A stretch of DNA of 60,564 bases, the filler included, from Blastocystis sp. subtype 4 (Eukaryota): NCBI RefSeq assembly GCF_000743755.1. It is 2 parts of 2 records of this genome, joined end to end, with 100 filler letters (N's around TTAATTAATTAA, not from the genome) between each part and the next. Parts side by side here need not be neighbours in the genome. Positions count along the whole stretch, not along the records: positions 1 to 30,479 come from NW_014569430.1; positions 30,580 to 60,564 come from NW_014569429.1. One strand, written 5' to 3'. Positions 24,704 through 37,512 of the stretch are shown in pieces (positions within the stretch are counted from its first letter, which is position 1; every line of letters begins with the position of its first letter). The notes beneath the pieces are model-generated. The model saw only the letters and a list, made by a program, of their open reading frames with translations. It did not search any database and was not told where the DNA came from. Made by a program: the position numbers and the translations under genes.

Positions 24704-26585
24704 TCAAGAAACATCGCATTGAATCAATTGATTGAAAACGATTTCTGGATCAAACTCCATTTCATATCCTTGCTTCAGATAGCTTCGAAGATACCACTCC
24801 ACATACAAATCACTCAACCACAATCGCACTCGTAAGCACATTAAATAGAACTTCCATTTCAATGATGTGAAAAATGGGATACTGCTCCTGTAGTGACCCC
24901 TACAGATTATCCTCCAATCCAACCTCTACTGAACAGCCATCGAAGTCATAATGGACAGACGATCATTCTCTGTTCCTCCGAGTAAGTGAAGTAGACCTCG
25001 TAACATCTCTACCACACGGAAGACATACATCAGATCTGAAGGCATTGCTGACATCATCTCTGAAATCTATATTTCATATTCCATTACACATTCTAACAAT
25101 CCCAATTCGATTGGCGAAGACTTCTGCAGTGATTGTCTCCAGAGTGTTGGCAATTCGCTTCTCCACAGAATCCCGAAGCTCTTCTGTCATATCTTCGCCA
25201 AATCTAGTTCCGTTAATACTGACTAAAATTACTACTTATTCTGACTTGATAAGGAACGACCGGTTAATGACAATGACAACAGTTGACCATACTTTTCCAT
25301 TCCATAAATTCTACACAATCTCTCTACTTCCTTTCTGTCTTGTTTCACCATTGCTAGCCACAATTCCTGCATGAACTCAGTGAATCCCGGTTGTGGGTAA
25401 TTGTACATTCCATGATCCAATAAGACCAGCTGAGGTTTCGTTGACCCTGGAATAAACCGAACAAAGAGATTCCCAGCATGAGGATCAACATGTAGAAAAG
25501 GAGCTTGGAAGATCATACGAGAAAAGGCTTCAATACATAGAGAAGCAACTTGTCTCGTATCAATTCCTTCCTTCTGCAATGCAGAAATGTTTGATGCTTT
25601 GATTCCATGAATAAACTCCATCATACAAATACGAGGAGACGAATATTGGTGGTAGACTTGAGGGACATAAATTGACGGGTTCGACTGAAAGAAATCACGA
25701 CAATTCTGCATGTTTGTAATTTCTGTCTCAAAGTCGATTTCTTTCATTATATTCTCTCGAAAACGAGGAACAAACCACTAAACAAATGAGCAGTATGACT
25801 CATGCTTACAGTAAATTCGAAAGAAGGAAATATCATTTTGATAACCTTTGTTGCCCACTAACTATAACACTCCAATCCTCCAAAGTACTTCGCAATCTCG
25901 AAGGTCAATCAAGTAAACTTACGAATAAATGGATACTGAATCTTGACAGCTACTTCTTCGCCACTCACTAACACTGCACGATGTACTTGAGCTAGCGAAG
26001 CACAACCAATAGGCTGTTCATCAATTTCACTAAAGAGATCCTTCACCTTCATTCCTAGATCTTCTTCAATTACTCTAGAAATGGAAGAAAACGGAAGGGG
26101 GTTTGCTTTATCCTAATTCTCATTTCTTCAATACAAAAACACTTGACATAGTGATAATGTATCAACCCATTCTCGTGGAATTCCCTGCTCAAGGGTCGAT
26201 ACCATTTGACCAAGTTTGATGTAATACCCACCAAGTCGTCTAGAAATAATATCCAATATCAGATTCTAGTACCTGCATAACCTAAGTGTTTTTTCTGCAC
26301 ATCGTTGGTTCACAGTATGGTACACAACTTCATATTCTGGAGTATTTGGCTCAACACTCCGAAAGGAAAACTTGTAGTCCGCGAGGATTGTTGCCAGTGT
26401 GAATGTGAAATCGATTGTCCGTGTCATTCCTCGTATCTCTTCATGCACAATTTCTCTACATAATCAGAAATCCTATTTTTGTCATCCAACCGTCTTCGCC
26501 CATCACTGAGAACAATTCCCGTCATGAGTCCACTTGCACAAACGAACGATAATGCCTTGTGCTTTCGAATGAGAGCAAAAGACAT
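24704..26585 (-). CDS. ADCK1: ABC1/AarF atypical kinase, ADCK1-like
   Basis: GGYYIKLGQ, PIGCASLAQVHR, VAVKIQYP, EIDFETE, LHVDPHAGN and LVLLDHGMY. Confidence 0.88.
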
Positions 26586-26629
26586 ATGACGTAAGTGCAA
26601 AGAAGAATTTGATGTAACAAATATACAAA

Positions 26630-28306
26630 CTACTTTAGTGTATCTATATCATTACCCTCTGGCTTTATCGACATATTTTCCATTTCCACTTCGACCTCCT
26701 TCTTCACTTCATTATCCTCCACACTCATGGTTCTAGGATGTAGCGAATGGTTCTTCTGATACAAGAAGATACAGAGAAACACCACAAATAGGAGACAAAG
26801 AGAAACTCCCCATGTTATTGCTAGATTCCCTCCAGAGAAGCCAGCAACCAAGAATCCGACAATCGAAACTGAGGCGACAGTCACAGCATAAGGCAGTTGA
26901 GTTGAGACATGGACAAGGAATGAGCAATCCAATGTTGATGATACAAGAATGGTTGTATCAGAGATCGGAGATGTGTTGTTTCCAAAGACGGCTCCACAGA
27001 GACAGGAAGCAATCGATGGGACTAAGTACTTTCGATTATCCCCGGAGCAAATACTGACTGCAATAGGAATCAGAAGAGAAAAGGTTCCCCAAGCAGTACC
27101 TGTAGAGAAAGAAAGAGCCATTCCAACTAAGAATACAACTGCAGGGATCATCTGCGGAGGAATAGGAGAGTCCTGAACAAGTTTACCAATATATGCTCCC
27201 GTCTGCAAGAGATCCCCGCTTGTACCGCTGACAGACCATGCCAACACAAGAATGATCAAAGTTGAAATCATCGTCTTCATGCCTTCGATGAAATGGTTAA
27301 TCCATTCAGTGAAGGTCATCAGCTTGCGTGGTACATACATTACCAAAGTAGTTATCAGAGCCATGAAACAAGCATATAGAAGTGCTTTGGGGGCTGAAGT
27401 ATCTCCCAAGACCTGTGTAACTGCTTTGTGTGTTCCATCCCAGGCTCCACCTAAATAGAACATGAAAAACACGGCTAAGACAACCATCACCAGAATGGGT
27501 AACAACAGATCCCAAATCGTTCCCTTATCAGATTCTTTCTCTGTATCTACACTCACGGAAGGTAATGCCTCATTGGTTTCAGTTAATCCCAATCGAGCAT
27601 TGTCTTCATAGAATTTCATCTTTCCGTAATCGAAATCAAGCAAAGTGATAACAATAACGAAGATGAAGCAGAGAATACTATAGATATTGAAGGGAATGGC
27701 TTGCAGGAAGACAAGAAACGAGTCTTCCACACCATTATCGTTAATCTGAGATACAATAGCGGCCGCCCAACTAGTGAGTGGGATAGTAATACACATGTTG
27801 GTGGACATGGTATGAATAATGTAAGCAGTTTTGGGTTTTGAGACGTGATTAACTTCAGTGACAGTTCCCATAACTGTGGATGTTGTGATCGAGTTAAAGT
27901 AATCATCAAGGAACATCATTGCTCCCAGTGCAATTGTAGAAAACATACTTCGTCTTCTCCCCTTGATAGCTTTCTTTGCCCAAATACCATAGGCCTTAGA
28001 ACCCCCAGAAACGGAAACGAGATGAATGAGAGAGCCAATGAATAGAATAAAGAGACATATATGCACATTATTGGAAATCTTAATTCCCATTACACTGAAA
28101 ATCACATCCAGAAAGTTGGCACTTGTCAATCCCTCTACCATACCTCTGTAAACAGCAATAGAATAAATGACAGAAGCTGAAAGAACACCAATAAATAACG
28201 ATGAGACAACTTCTTTGGTAGAAAGAGCCAGGACCATGGCAAGGATAGGCGGAATTACTGAAGGAAACCCGATCCACACTGGTGTATAGTTATCATATGC
28301 GACCAT
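26630..28306 (-). CDS. NhaC-family Na+/H+ antiporter-like transporter (bacterial type), intronless
   Basis: SVIPPILAMVLALSTKEV, FLDDYFN, FSTGTAWGTF, GAVFG..TSPISDTTIL and HVSTQLPYA, with many TM segments. Confidence 0.88.
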   Translation of the reverse strand: MVAYDNYTPVWIGFPSVIPPILAMVLALSTKEVVSSLFIGVLSASVIYSIAVYRGMVEGLTSANFLDVIFSVMGIKISNNVHICLFILFIGSLIHLVSVSGGSKAYGIWAKKAIKGRRRSMFSTIALGAMMFLDDYFNSITTSTVMGTVTEVNHVSKPKTAYIIHTMSTNMCITIPLTSWAAAIVSQINDNGVEDSFLVFLQAIPFNIYSILCFIFVIVITLLDFDYGKMKFYEDNARLGLTETNEALPSVSVDTEKESDKGTIWDLLLPILVMVVLAVFFMFYLGGAWDGTHKAVTQVLGDTSAPKALLYACFMALITTLVMYVPRKLMTFTEWINHFIEGMKTMISTLIILVLAWSVSGTSGDLLQTGAYIGKLVQDSPIPPQMIPAVVFLVGMALSFSTGTAWGTFSLLIPIAVSICSGDNRKYLVPSIASCLCGAVFGNNTSPISDTTILVSSTLDCSFLVHVSTQLPYAVTVASVSIVGFLVAGFSGGNLAITWGVSLCLLFVVFLCIFLYQKNHSLHPRTMSVEDNEVKKEVEVEMENMSIKPEGNDIDTLK

Positions 28307-28773
28307 CACGAAACTGGACTCAAATTCTAGAAAAGAATGACATACAGAACACTATTCATTCTATATGACGAAAGAAGTCCCGATTTCGGTAAGGTATCCA
28401 CGTTTCTCTTCTAGGCGAATGGTTGTGACTTTGTGGAGAGTGTAAATATGGATTCTGAACATATCCTATCTTTATAACAGTGTTTTGCAGATCACTTTAG
28501 CAAAGTAACAGCCTAATACTCTACGTATAGCAAACTTAACACCGAGACATGCAACAACAATCTAACTGGTACCCTATCTTTGGAATCAGGATATGCAGAT
28601 CACTTTAGGGTATTATTGAATGATCCTGTTCAATGAAAGACTTCATCATCAGTTAACTCTTCTGAACATGGAACTGAGCTGAAATCATCTAAGATACAAA
28701 GAAAAAGAACTTAGAATTCTTGAATAGAGGTACTATGAAAATGGTACATTCATTGAACTTTACAACAAACAGA

Positions 28774-30013
28774 TCACAGCAACTTCACAAGTGTACAACA
28801 AGTACCTAGTAACAATAGCTCCTCGTCACACCCATCACACACTGCTTTATCGGCTCTAGCAAGTTCCAAGCAAATCTCAGCCTTTTTCTCATCTTCCAGT
28901 TCTATTCTCATCACCCTACCCAAATTCCAACCTGTATTATTCACGACATAGGATGTTAACAGGGAGAGAAGAATACTCAAAGGATATCCATCTAGAATAA
29001 CCTTCTCTACAGCAGCAGACAATCTTGTAATACTAGAAGCTGCCGTTGTTGCAACAATTGTGTCCCAAAGATTCTTCACAACCATTGGAGGAATCTCCAT
29101 AGTGATGCCATGGAGTTTCTCTTTCGTGATAACATCCTTCTGAAATATCATATAACTGTTTTGAAGAAGGTGAATGCCAGATCGCAGATCACCTTTTGAT
29201 TGATCATATATGTATTGTAACGCCTATCAATCATCTGCGTACCCTATCTCTACATCGTCCTCTACAGTCATCTTTTCTTCCTCGCTAATGAAACGCAGAC
29301 GAGCCACAACATTCTCTCGTGGAAGTGCCCCAAATTCAAACCGAGCACAACGTGAAGAGAGTGCAGGAATGATTTTGGAAATGTAATTGCAGATGAAGCA
29401 GAAACGAGTTACCTTCGAGTACATTTCCATGACACGACGTAGAGCACTCTGAGCATCCATTGTCAGAGAATCAGCTTCATCCATGATAATTATCTTGTAA
29501 GGAGGTGAAGGATAGCCACTATCGATGAAATTCAAAATGAAGAGATACGGAATGGACTTCTTCACACTTTGTTGGGCAAAGAGAATCACCTTGTTTCGAA
29601 TCACCTATGTATCATCTAGTTAAAACAATCCATACATCAATACCACGCTCATCAGATGCATTTAACTCCAACACACGATTTCTCATCTCAGGACTATGTA
29701 TAATCTTCCAGCTACCAAAATCAACCCAAAGAGTTCATGTGCCAAGGCTAGAATCACCGATGTCTTTCCCGTTCCTGGAGGTCCATAGAGAAGGAGATGA
29801 GGAAGCTGAAAATGACTTTAACAGAAAACACCTACATTTCCTTCTTGAATGGATTTCTTCAGTGTCCTAACGGCTTCTTCATGTGAAGAAATATCATCCA
29901 TCTTCTTTGGACGACTAGTGATGAATCCTCACCAACTATTCTCACTATTTCTCAACCCATGGAAGGTTTTCAGATTCCCTTCTCTGTGTGACAGGATCGT
30001 TTTCAACTTCCAT
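28774..30013 (-). CDS. RFC4: Replication factor C small subunit (RFC4/yeast Rfc2)
   Basis: [42 protein letters not shown] and SRC motif. Confidence 0.92.
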
Positions 30014-30479
30014 CAGGAATTGAAATGATAATGAAAGAAAAGATGCAATTGGATTAACTGGATGGTGAGCTGATGTTTTGTGTATCTCTTTGTTTTGGAT
30101 GACTAGGATTCATGGAGAATAACCCTAAAAACAAAAAAGGAATGGGGTATTTGACATCAGACGTATTTTGAATCGGCTTTATTGAATTGAATTGAATCAA
30201 ATTGAAGGTATTTTTGGCAATTCTTTGAAATCGAATAACTCAGTGATTCTGTGGTAAAGCGATACAGTAGTAAGGATGAAGGTAGGTGTTTGCAATAGGA
30301 AGTGAATAGATTTCTTACCATGAATGTAGCTTAACATCTGTTATCCCGCTCTTAGTTCTCAGAAGCCAATTGATATTGACGATGAGAATAAGCTGTAGAG
30401 AGTGTGAAAGAGAGACTGATGTGTAGCCGTGTGTTCATGGACAAGAGAATGTCTCAGGAAGTGGAGGGTGACTCCTTGG

Positions 30480-30579
30480 NNNNNNNNNNNNNNNNNNNNN
30501 NNNNNNNNNNNNNNNNNNNNNNNTTAATTAATTAANNNNNNNNNNNNNNNNNNNNNNNNNNNNNNNNNNNNNNNNNNNN
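30480..30579. other. Assembly gap: 100-nt N spacer with TTAATTAATTAA linker
   Basis: N runs flank TTAATTAATTAA (30524-30535), an all-frame stop linker. Confidence 0.95.
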
Positions 30580-32659
30580 ATCAGATGAATAGACAGAAAC
30601 AGAACCAGTAGCAGTCATTCCCACAATACACACTTCATCACCCATCTCCACCAAATGTGCTGATATCCAGGTTCCTGACGACAATTCTGAAGGTAATTCC
30701 ACAGACTCACACTATCAATGACCTCTCATCAAAGATATTACACTCAGAGTTGTCTCATCAAATCGGAATAGTTTCACTCCCAGCATATCTCGAATCAGCA
30801 ACAGACATGAATCATTCTGTTCCAACAGAGATACAGAAGCCACATTCCTCCCTCCTTGTATGTTCAATCCTATTTTCACATTCCTCATCTTTCTCTCTAC
30901 GTAACAGTGATTGATATCCAGAAGCTAGAGCCAATCTGGCAGTCATCACACTTGAACCCATGGTACGAGAGGTTGCTACATGGTTCGTAGCACCCAATCG
31001 AATAAGCTCAACCATATGTTCATACTACCCATCATTCACTTTTCTTTCACTTACCATCAAACACACATGATGAGGACTCACACTCACAACATCATTGTAA
31101 TACCCAGGATATCCTAATAGCTTGAATGTCATTGTCTCTTGTCGACTCTCCACGTTATACACAACCATGGTTCCATCAGCTCCACTACTCACAATTCCAA
31201 TCATACTTGGAATAGAATCCTTCAGACCTAGGTAGATTGGAATATCATCACAGACTCGTCTCTCTCCTTCCTCTTCATCCAAAGGACTTTCCTCTTCCAT
31301 TCCTTCTTGTACTTCTTCTTCCATCATCTTCTTCTCTGATTCTCTCTTTTCTGTCTTATCAAGACGACGACGTTTCGAACTTGCATCTGATTCAACAGGA
31401 ATAGAAGACTTCTCTCCATCTTGTTGGTGCTTCTTCTCAGTTTCATTATCATAATACCGACTATTTTTGTCATTCTGATTTCCAGTCATCTCTCGTTTCA
31501 ATTGTTTGGCAGGTATTGTTGAATAGAGAGATGTACACGAACCACGTAGAATCCTCACAGTAGAACAGAGAATATCATGAGTATGAGAACGATAGGATGC
31601 AATATGAATCCACTGATCAGATGAGTCTATGTTACTGAAGACACAGAGCTAATGAATGAAACACAACACAGAGCTGAACCTTAGCATCAACACCTCCACT
31701 CACAATCAGAGTGGTTGGAGAGTGTGAATCCGAAGGGATATCACTGGCTTGATCAATATAACTGAATACAGATACAGTCAGTACATCCCCTTCATGAGCC
31801 TTATGATTCTGAGTCATCAAACCTAATACTAATTCTATATCCCCATATCTACGACGCATGATATCCCAGATCTGAACATAACCTCGACTATCACCTGTCA
31901 CAATCCTATTCATCATCATTTCATCATAATATCACTGAGTTGGACTCACAAAACGAACATTCCAGATGATGGTATCTTCATTCTTTGGTTGAGAAATCTA
32001 TCGTAATCAACAAGAAGAGAGAATTACAAGAATAGAATCACTACGACCTGTATCGAAATGGTAAACAAAAACATGACTATCTCCACTTCCACAAACGATC
32101 ATCGAACCATCTGTAGACCAACTACAACTCACAATTCGGCTATTACACCTAACAGTGAAGAAACACATCAAGACTCACATCTGGATAGAACGCATATATA
32201 CAAGACTATCATCCGAAATATCAAATAGACGAAGGGAACCATCCTCACACGCACAAGCAATAGTATTGTTGTTAGGATTACGTTCTGCCATCCACACTGG
32301 TCCTCCATACGAGTCACTCTGACTCACAACACACATTTCCCTTAGATTCACCTCAAACAATTGACCCTGAAGACCCGTTCCAAACAACCGATAACGAAAC
32401 AATGGAATATCGTTATTATTGATGCAACAAGACCAAAGAAGAGAACGAATAGACAAATTCTCATGACCTGCAATTCTCTACAGATGAATATACAAATGAA
32501 CCTCGTTACACATTCACAAAACCATTTCTCTTCCGTATTCCATAGTTCAATATCTCCATTCTCTCGACCTACTGCAAGAAGAGGGAGTTCAGGATGGAAC
32601 GACATCGCACAAGCAGCTGATGGCATCCACTCAGAGAATCGGCACCGATGAATATCCAT
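30580..32659 (-). CDS. UTP4: U3 snoRNA-associated protein 4 (Cirhin), 3' end lost in gap
   Basis: MDIHRCRF.EW.PS, LAVGRENGDIELWN, DSYGGPVW, CEDG, VTGDSRG.VQIWD, SGGVD and HTHDI. Confidence 0.88.
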
Positions 32660-32785
32660 GGCAGACTCGGTGTTGAGAAAATAGGAAAAGAACCAAAGGC
32701 AGAAATTGCAGGCTTTTGAGGAATTGTTGGATCCTAGAATGTTTTGGGAATTCGATGGATATCATCTTTTGTATCGTAATTGAAT

Positions 32786-33997
32786 ATGTTATCAATTGAG
32801 AAGTGCAGACAATTACCAAAGATTGTGATTCTATGAGGAGAAGATGATCGATAGGAACTGCATGCTCATTTGCATGGATGTATTCGAAAGAAAACAGTTC
32901 TAGAACTATTCCAGAAGAAATATGGAGATGAACGAACTAAAGAGGTGGAACAGCTGTTGAATGGGGATCGAACTCTCAAGGAGTAAAAATTGGTGAATAC
33001 CTAATCATTATTAGTTGCTTTCGTTTGTTTGATATTGTTCATTCTGTGATCGAAACAGGAGAGCAACTGAGACGGATAACTCGCGAAATGATTGAAGACT
33101 TCCTTGCAGATGGAGTCATTTATGTCGAAATCCGGACAACACCGAGGGAATTCACAAAGGGCCAGCTTTTGACAGAGAAAGAGGGGATTGACACTATATT
33201 GGACGAGATTCACCGGAGTGAACAGCTCTATGGGGACCGAATCATTGTTCGACTTCTATTGAGTATCAATCGCAGTGAGTCCAAGTAAGAGAAGAGAAAA
33301 AGGATAAGAGCAAGAGAAAAAGCTATGCGCACGGTAGAGATGGCTATTAATTATAAGGACCATAATGAGAAGCATATAGTAGGTGTGGATCTCAGTGGCA
33401 ATCCCACTGTACGTATACATGATTATCTTTATTTCTAGTGTGCTCCTTTTGCCTATTTCCAGCCTTGTTTTGATGTTCTTCGAGAACATGAGATTCCTTT
33501 TGTGATTCACACAGGTGAAGTACCCAATCACTGTGTGCTAACAAGTCCATGTGTATGCTCGAATGAAGATGTGGCTGTTTTTAATGATACAGATGATATT
33601 CTTGCTGCCAAACCTGCTCGATTGGGTCATGCTCTCTTTCTTGTACAAATGGATAGATGATCTCATATAGAATGAACAGAATAAACGGGATCTTCACATT
33701 CCTATTGAGATCTGCCCAACTTCGAATTTGATGACTCTGGGACTGAAATCTCTATTGAATCATCCCGTAATTAACGAATTAATGAAATCTGTTCCAACAT
33801 CGATCAACACCGATGATCCATTCATCTTCAACGTCATGCTAAGCGATGAATATTGGAAAGTAGCTAGTACACTAAACTGGAATGTTGAAGAACTCATTGA
33901 TTATATGGAAGGAGTTGAAGACCAGATTCTAGACTCCTCTAAAATTGTTCACAATCGAATTCAATCATCGCTGGAGGTATTCCGCAATTCACTTTAG
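32786..33997 (+). CDS. ADAL: Adenosine deaminase-like protein (ADAL/MAPDA)
   Basis: LPKI|ELHAHLHG, DGVIYVEIRTTPR, VGVDLSGNP, IHTGE, RLGH, IEICPTSN and NTDD. Confidence 0.85.
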
Positions 33998-34078
33998 TTT
34001 TTGATTGTATTCAATTGTTTCTTACAGTCTTCAATCCTTGTACTTGGTGAGACCATCATTCGAGACACTGAATTTGGT

Positions 34079-35566
34079 ATGAATTCATCAGATACAACGA
34101 GAGAGCTGAATCTGGAGATGAAAGATGATAATCGAAAAACCCTCACAGGGATCATCAGTAAAAAGGAATTCATGTCACTCCCTTATGAGAAAAGTGAGTA
34201 ATAGGGTTATTGGTTTAAGTTTATAGAAAAGGAGGAGTTAAGACATCTGCAAAATACACTTGTCTATTGTAGTGTTATAGTTTGATTTCTAGAAATATCT
34301 GCGGGATTGTTGTGATCATTTACGGAAACAGAAGGAGGAAAAGATATCTCATTGGGAAAGAGTTGAAAAGAATAATAGCAGACTACGAGATGAATGCAAG
34401 CGAGTTTTGGAAAAGGAGAAGCTTATAAACGAAATTGAGGATTTGGATTGTGATGTATGAGGTTTTGTAGGATCAGAATGTAGATCAAAAAGAAAGTTGA
34501 AACCGAATCTGACAATAGGACGGTTATGAGTTCTACTATAGGTACTATACATATTACTATGATGATTCTAGTTATTTCGCGCGAACTAGTTACAACCATA
34601 AATACAAGAATCACCAATCTCAGACCGTATGGACAGGGTCATAAAATCTGGGTAGATTAGTTACATTAACTATAATTATAGTTCTATCTTGGAACTCCCT
34701 CTACTGGAGATGAAGATGTATTTGTAAAACTATACATAAAACCAATCATTCAATTGGATGATGATGCCAGTTCGATGGATAGCCGAGTATCTATTGATAG
34801 TCTTGCATATAAGGGCGATAATGTGTATTCAGATATTCGCAATGAAGTGTTGATAATTCGTTCTTTAATGCATGACCATATCATCTTATACTATAACGAA
34901 ATTGATATGGAAGGATTATATGGATATTCAATGGAGTTTTGTAAAGAAGGTTCTTTGCATCACCATATCCATAGTATTGGTCCATTAGATGAAGATGAGC
35001 TCAAAATCTTAATGAGACAAATGTTGAGTGTCTTGGAATATTTGGCTGAGCGACATATTGTTCATCGTGATATCAAGACTGCGAATATTCTGATTGCCAA
35101 GAAGCATTACTACAAACTGTGTGATTTTGGATCTTCTGTTGAATTGGGTGTATTTATATTGTATTTGTCTTAGTACTAGCATGATTCTCGTGACACTGTG
35201 ATTAATGATGGATGTTTCCGCGGAACTCCTCTATATATGGCTCCTGAAGCAGGTCGAGGACAACAACGTGGTCGATCAGATGTGTGGAGTTTGGGTTGTT
35301 GTATGTTTGAAGCAATTACTGGTGTGGAACCATGGTTGGATATCAAACGAGAGTGTGGAACTCGAGAGAGTATTATTTTTGAGATCGCAAGACAAACCCA
35401 ACCTCCACCAATGGATGAAGCCATCTGGAATAGATTGAGTGAGCCTTTGAAAGATTTCTATCGATGTATCTTTGAAGTTGTATGAATGATTAAGACAAAT
35501 AAGGAATAGGATGAAACCAAACGCCTATCTGCTACTGAGTTACTTAAACACCGCTTCTTGAATTAG
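34079..35566 (+). CDS. Ser/Thr protein kinase (STE11/MAPKKK-like catalytic domain); start uncertain
   Basis: MEFCKEGSL, IVHRDIKTANIL, KLCDFG, GTPLYMAPE, SDVWSLGC and LLKHRF. Confidence 0.85.
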
Positions 35567-35627
35567 TGAATATTCTATTTGTTGAATCAATCATGATATT
35601 TGATAACAAAGATACGATTAGCAAACA

Positions 35628-37362
35628 TTATAAATGAGATGATAATTGTGGTTCCACCCATTCATAGTCAGTTGATCTTCTATATCCATACTTATCACGC
35701 AATACATCAGCTTCTGCAGGTCCTCGAGAACCTCGGTAATAAGGAAGTGGTTTCACCTTCTTTTCTTCCAATTCATGCAACAATGGAGTGAATATTTTCC
35801 AGGAAATTTCCAATTCATCTCCTCGTACAAAATGACTATCTATTAATCCTGTTTCCAATTCCTTACCTATGATCACCACGAACAATATCGAGGATCAATC
35901 GTTCATATGCTTCAGGAAGAGCAAAATCATATTTCTTCTTGTAAGTCATATCCAGTTCACCCAGCACAGGAACAGTTTCAATTCCTGGTGATTTGATATT
36001 TGTCTTCAGATAGATTGCCGTATCAGGTTGAACACGTAACACCAATTCATTCCTATTGGTATTAGAGAACAAAGGACAACCAATATCCTTGAACTGAATT
36101 CGAATCTCAGCTTTTGCTTCATCCAACGCCTTGCCACACTTCAAATAGAATGGAACTCCTGCCCATCTGGGTGTGTTGATTCTTCTATTCCTCATTTCAT
36201 TCTATCACTCTTACAGGATGGTTGCAGCAAAGGTAGCTGTAAGACTGTCCTTAGGAACAGTCGGATCATCAAGATAACCAGGTTGAGTGCCATTCCCTAC
36301 GTACTGTCCAATAATTGTATCCTCCAACCTCAATGGTTCAATTGACTTCAACACACGAACCTTCTCATCACGAATATCATAACTATGAAGAGAAAGAGGT
36401 TGTTCCATTGAGATCAAGGAGACGATCTGAAGGAGATGATTCTGCATCACATCTCGAATAATTCCATAGTGGTCGAAATACCCTCCTCGTCCATCCACAC
36501 CAATAGTCTCCTTGAAGACAATTTGTACATTGTCAATGTATTGAGCGCTCCAGACGGCATTAAAAATTATATTTGAGAAACGAGTAATGAGAAGGTTTTG
36601 AACCATCTCCTTTCCAAGATAGTGATCAATTCGCTACATATCAGAATTCATTCTCAATTCTTACGTAAATTGATTCTTCAGGGAACAGACTTTGCAAATA
36701 AGTGTTCAGTTCCTTGCTACTATCGTAATCACGACCAAAGGGCTTTTCAACCACAATTCGTTTATATCCTTCATTATCAATACACGTCTCTATTGAATCA
36801 ATCCGATTTTGAAAAGGTACCATGAATGCTTTTGCTTACTGTAGTGAATTGGGAAGGAGGAATGGCAAAATAGAAAAGACGGTTCTTCTTACACACATAT
36901 CGACCGGTAGCATCCTGAACATAGAGATGACACTGGGTATTCTCCATCTCATTCAGCCTTTCATTTAGTTTCCCAAAGTCTTCTTCCGAATTATACTGTC
37001 CAGAGTGATAATAACAGATCGACAAGAAAGCATCAATACTCTCTTTATCCCCCTTTAATGCACTTCGTAGCTTCTCTCGGAATGATGAATCCGTCATCGA
37101 CGTTCTGGCATAGCCAACAATCGTAGTATAAAGTGGAAGAAGCGAGTGGGAGTACAAGGAAAACAAGGCAGGATATGTCTACATTTAAACATCAATACTC
37201 GCTTACTTTTAACATAGCCAGATTTCCTGAGGCACCAACAACTACGATTGATAAGGTACCATCATAATCTGGATTTCCCTTCCCCCAAATCTTCTCAATC
37301 GAAGGCAAATTATCAAAGTATTTCATACTACTCTTTTTTGTATTGATAAAGAATGAAGACAT
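35628..37362 (-). CDS. G6PD: Glucose-6-phosphate 1-dehydrogenase
   Basis: [52 protein letters not shown] and PEAYERL. Confidence 0.96.
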
Positions 37363-37512
37363 CCTAAAAATGATATTGATTGACACAAGAATTGTGATTT
37401 GGGATCACCTGCCCTATTGTGAGCAGATGACGCAAATTGTTACATTTTTGGGTATTTGGCAATTGTTTTGTTTTGATAATCACACATTCTTGTTTTCTGA
37501 ATAACAAATAGG

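Noticed and set aside
30524..30535. Palindromic TTAATTAATTAA inside the N run
   Set aside because: Artificial scaffolding linker, not biological.
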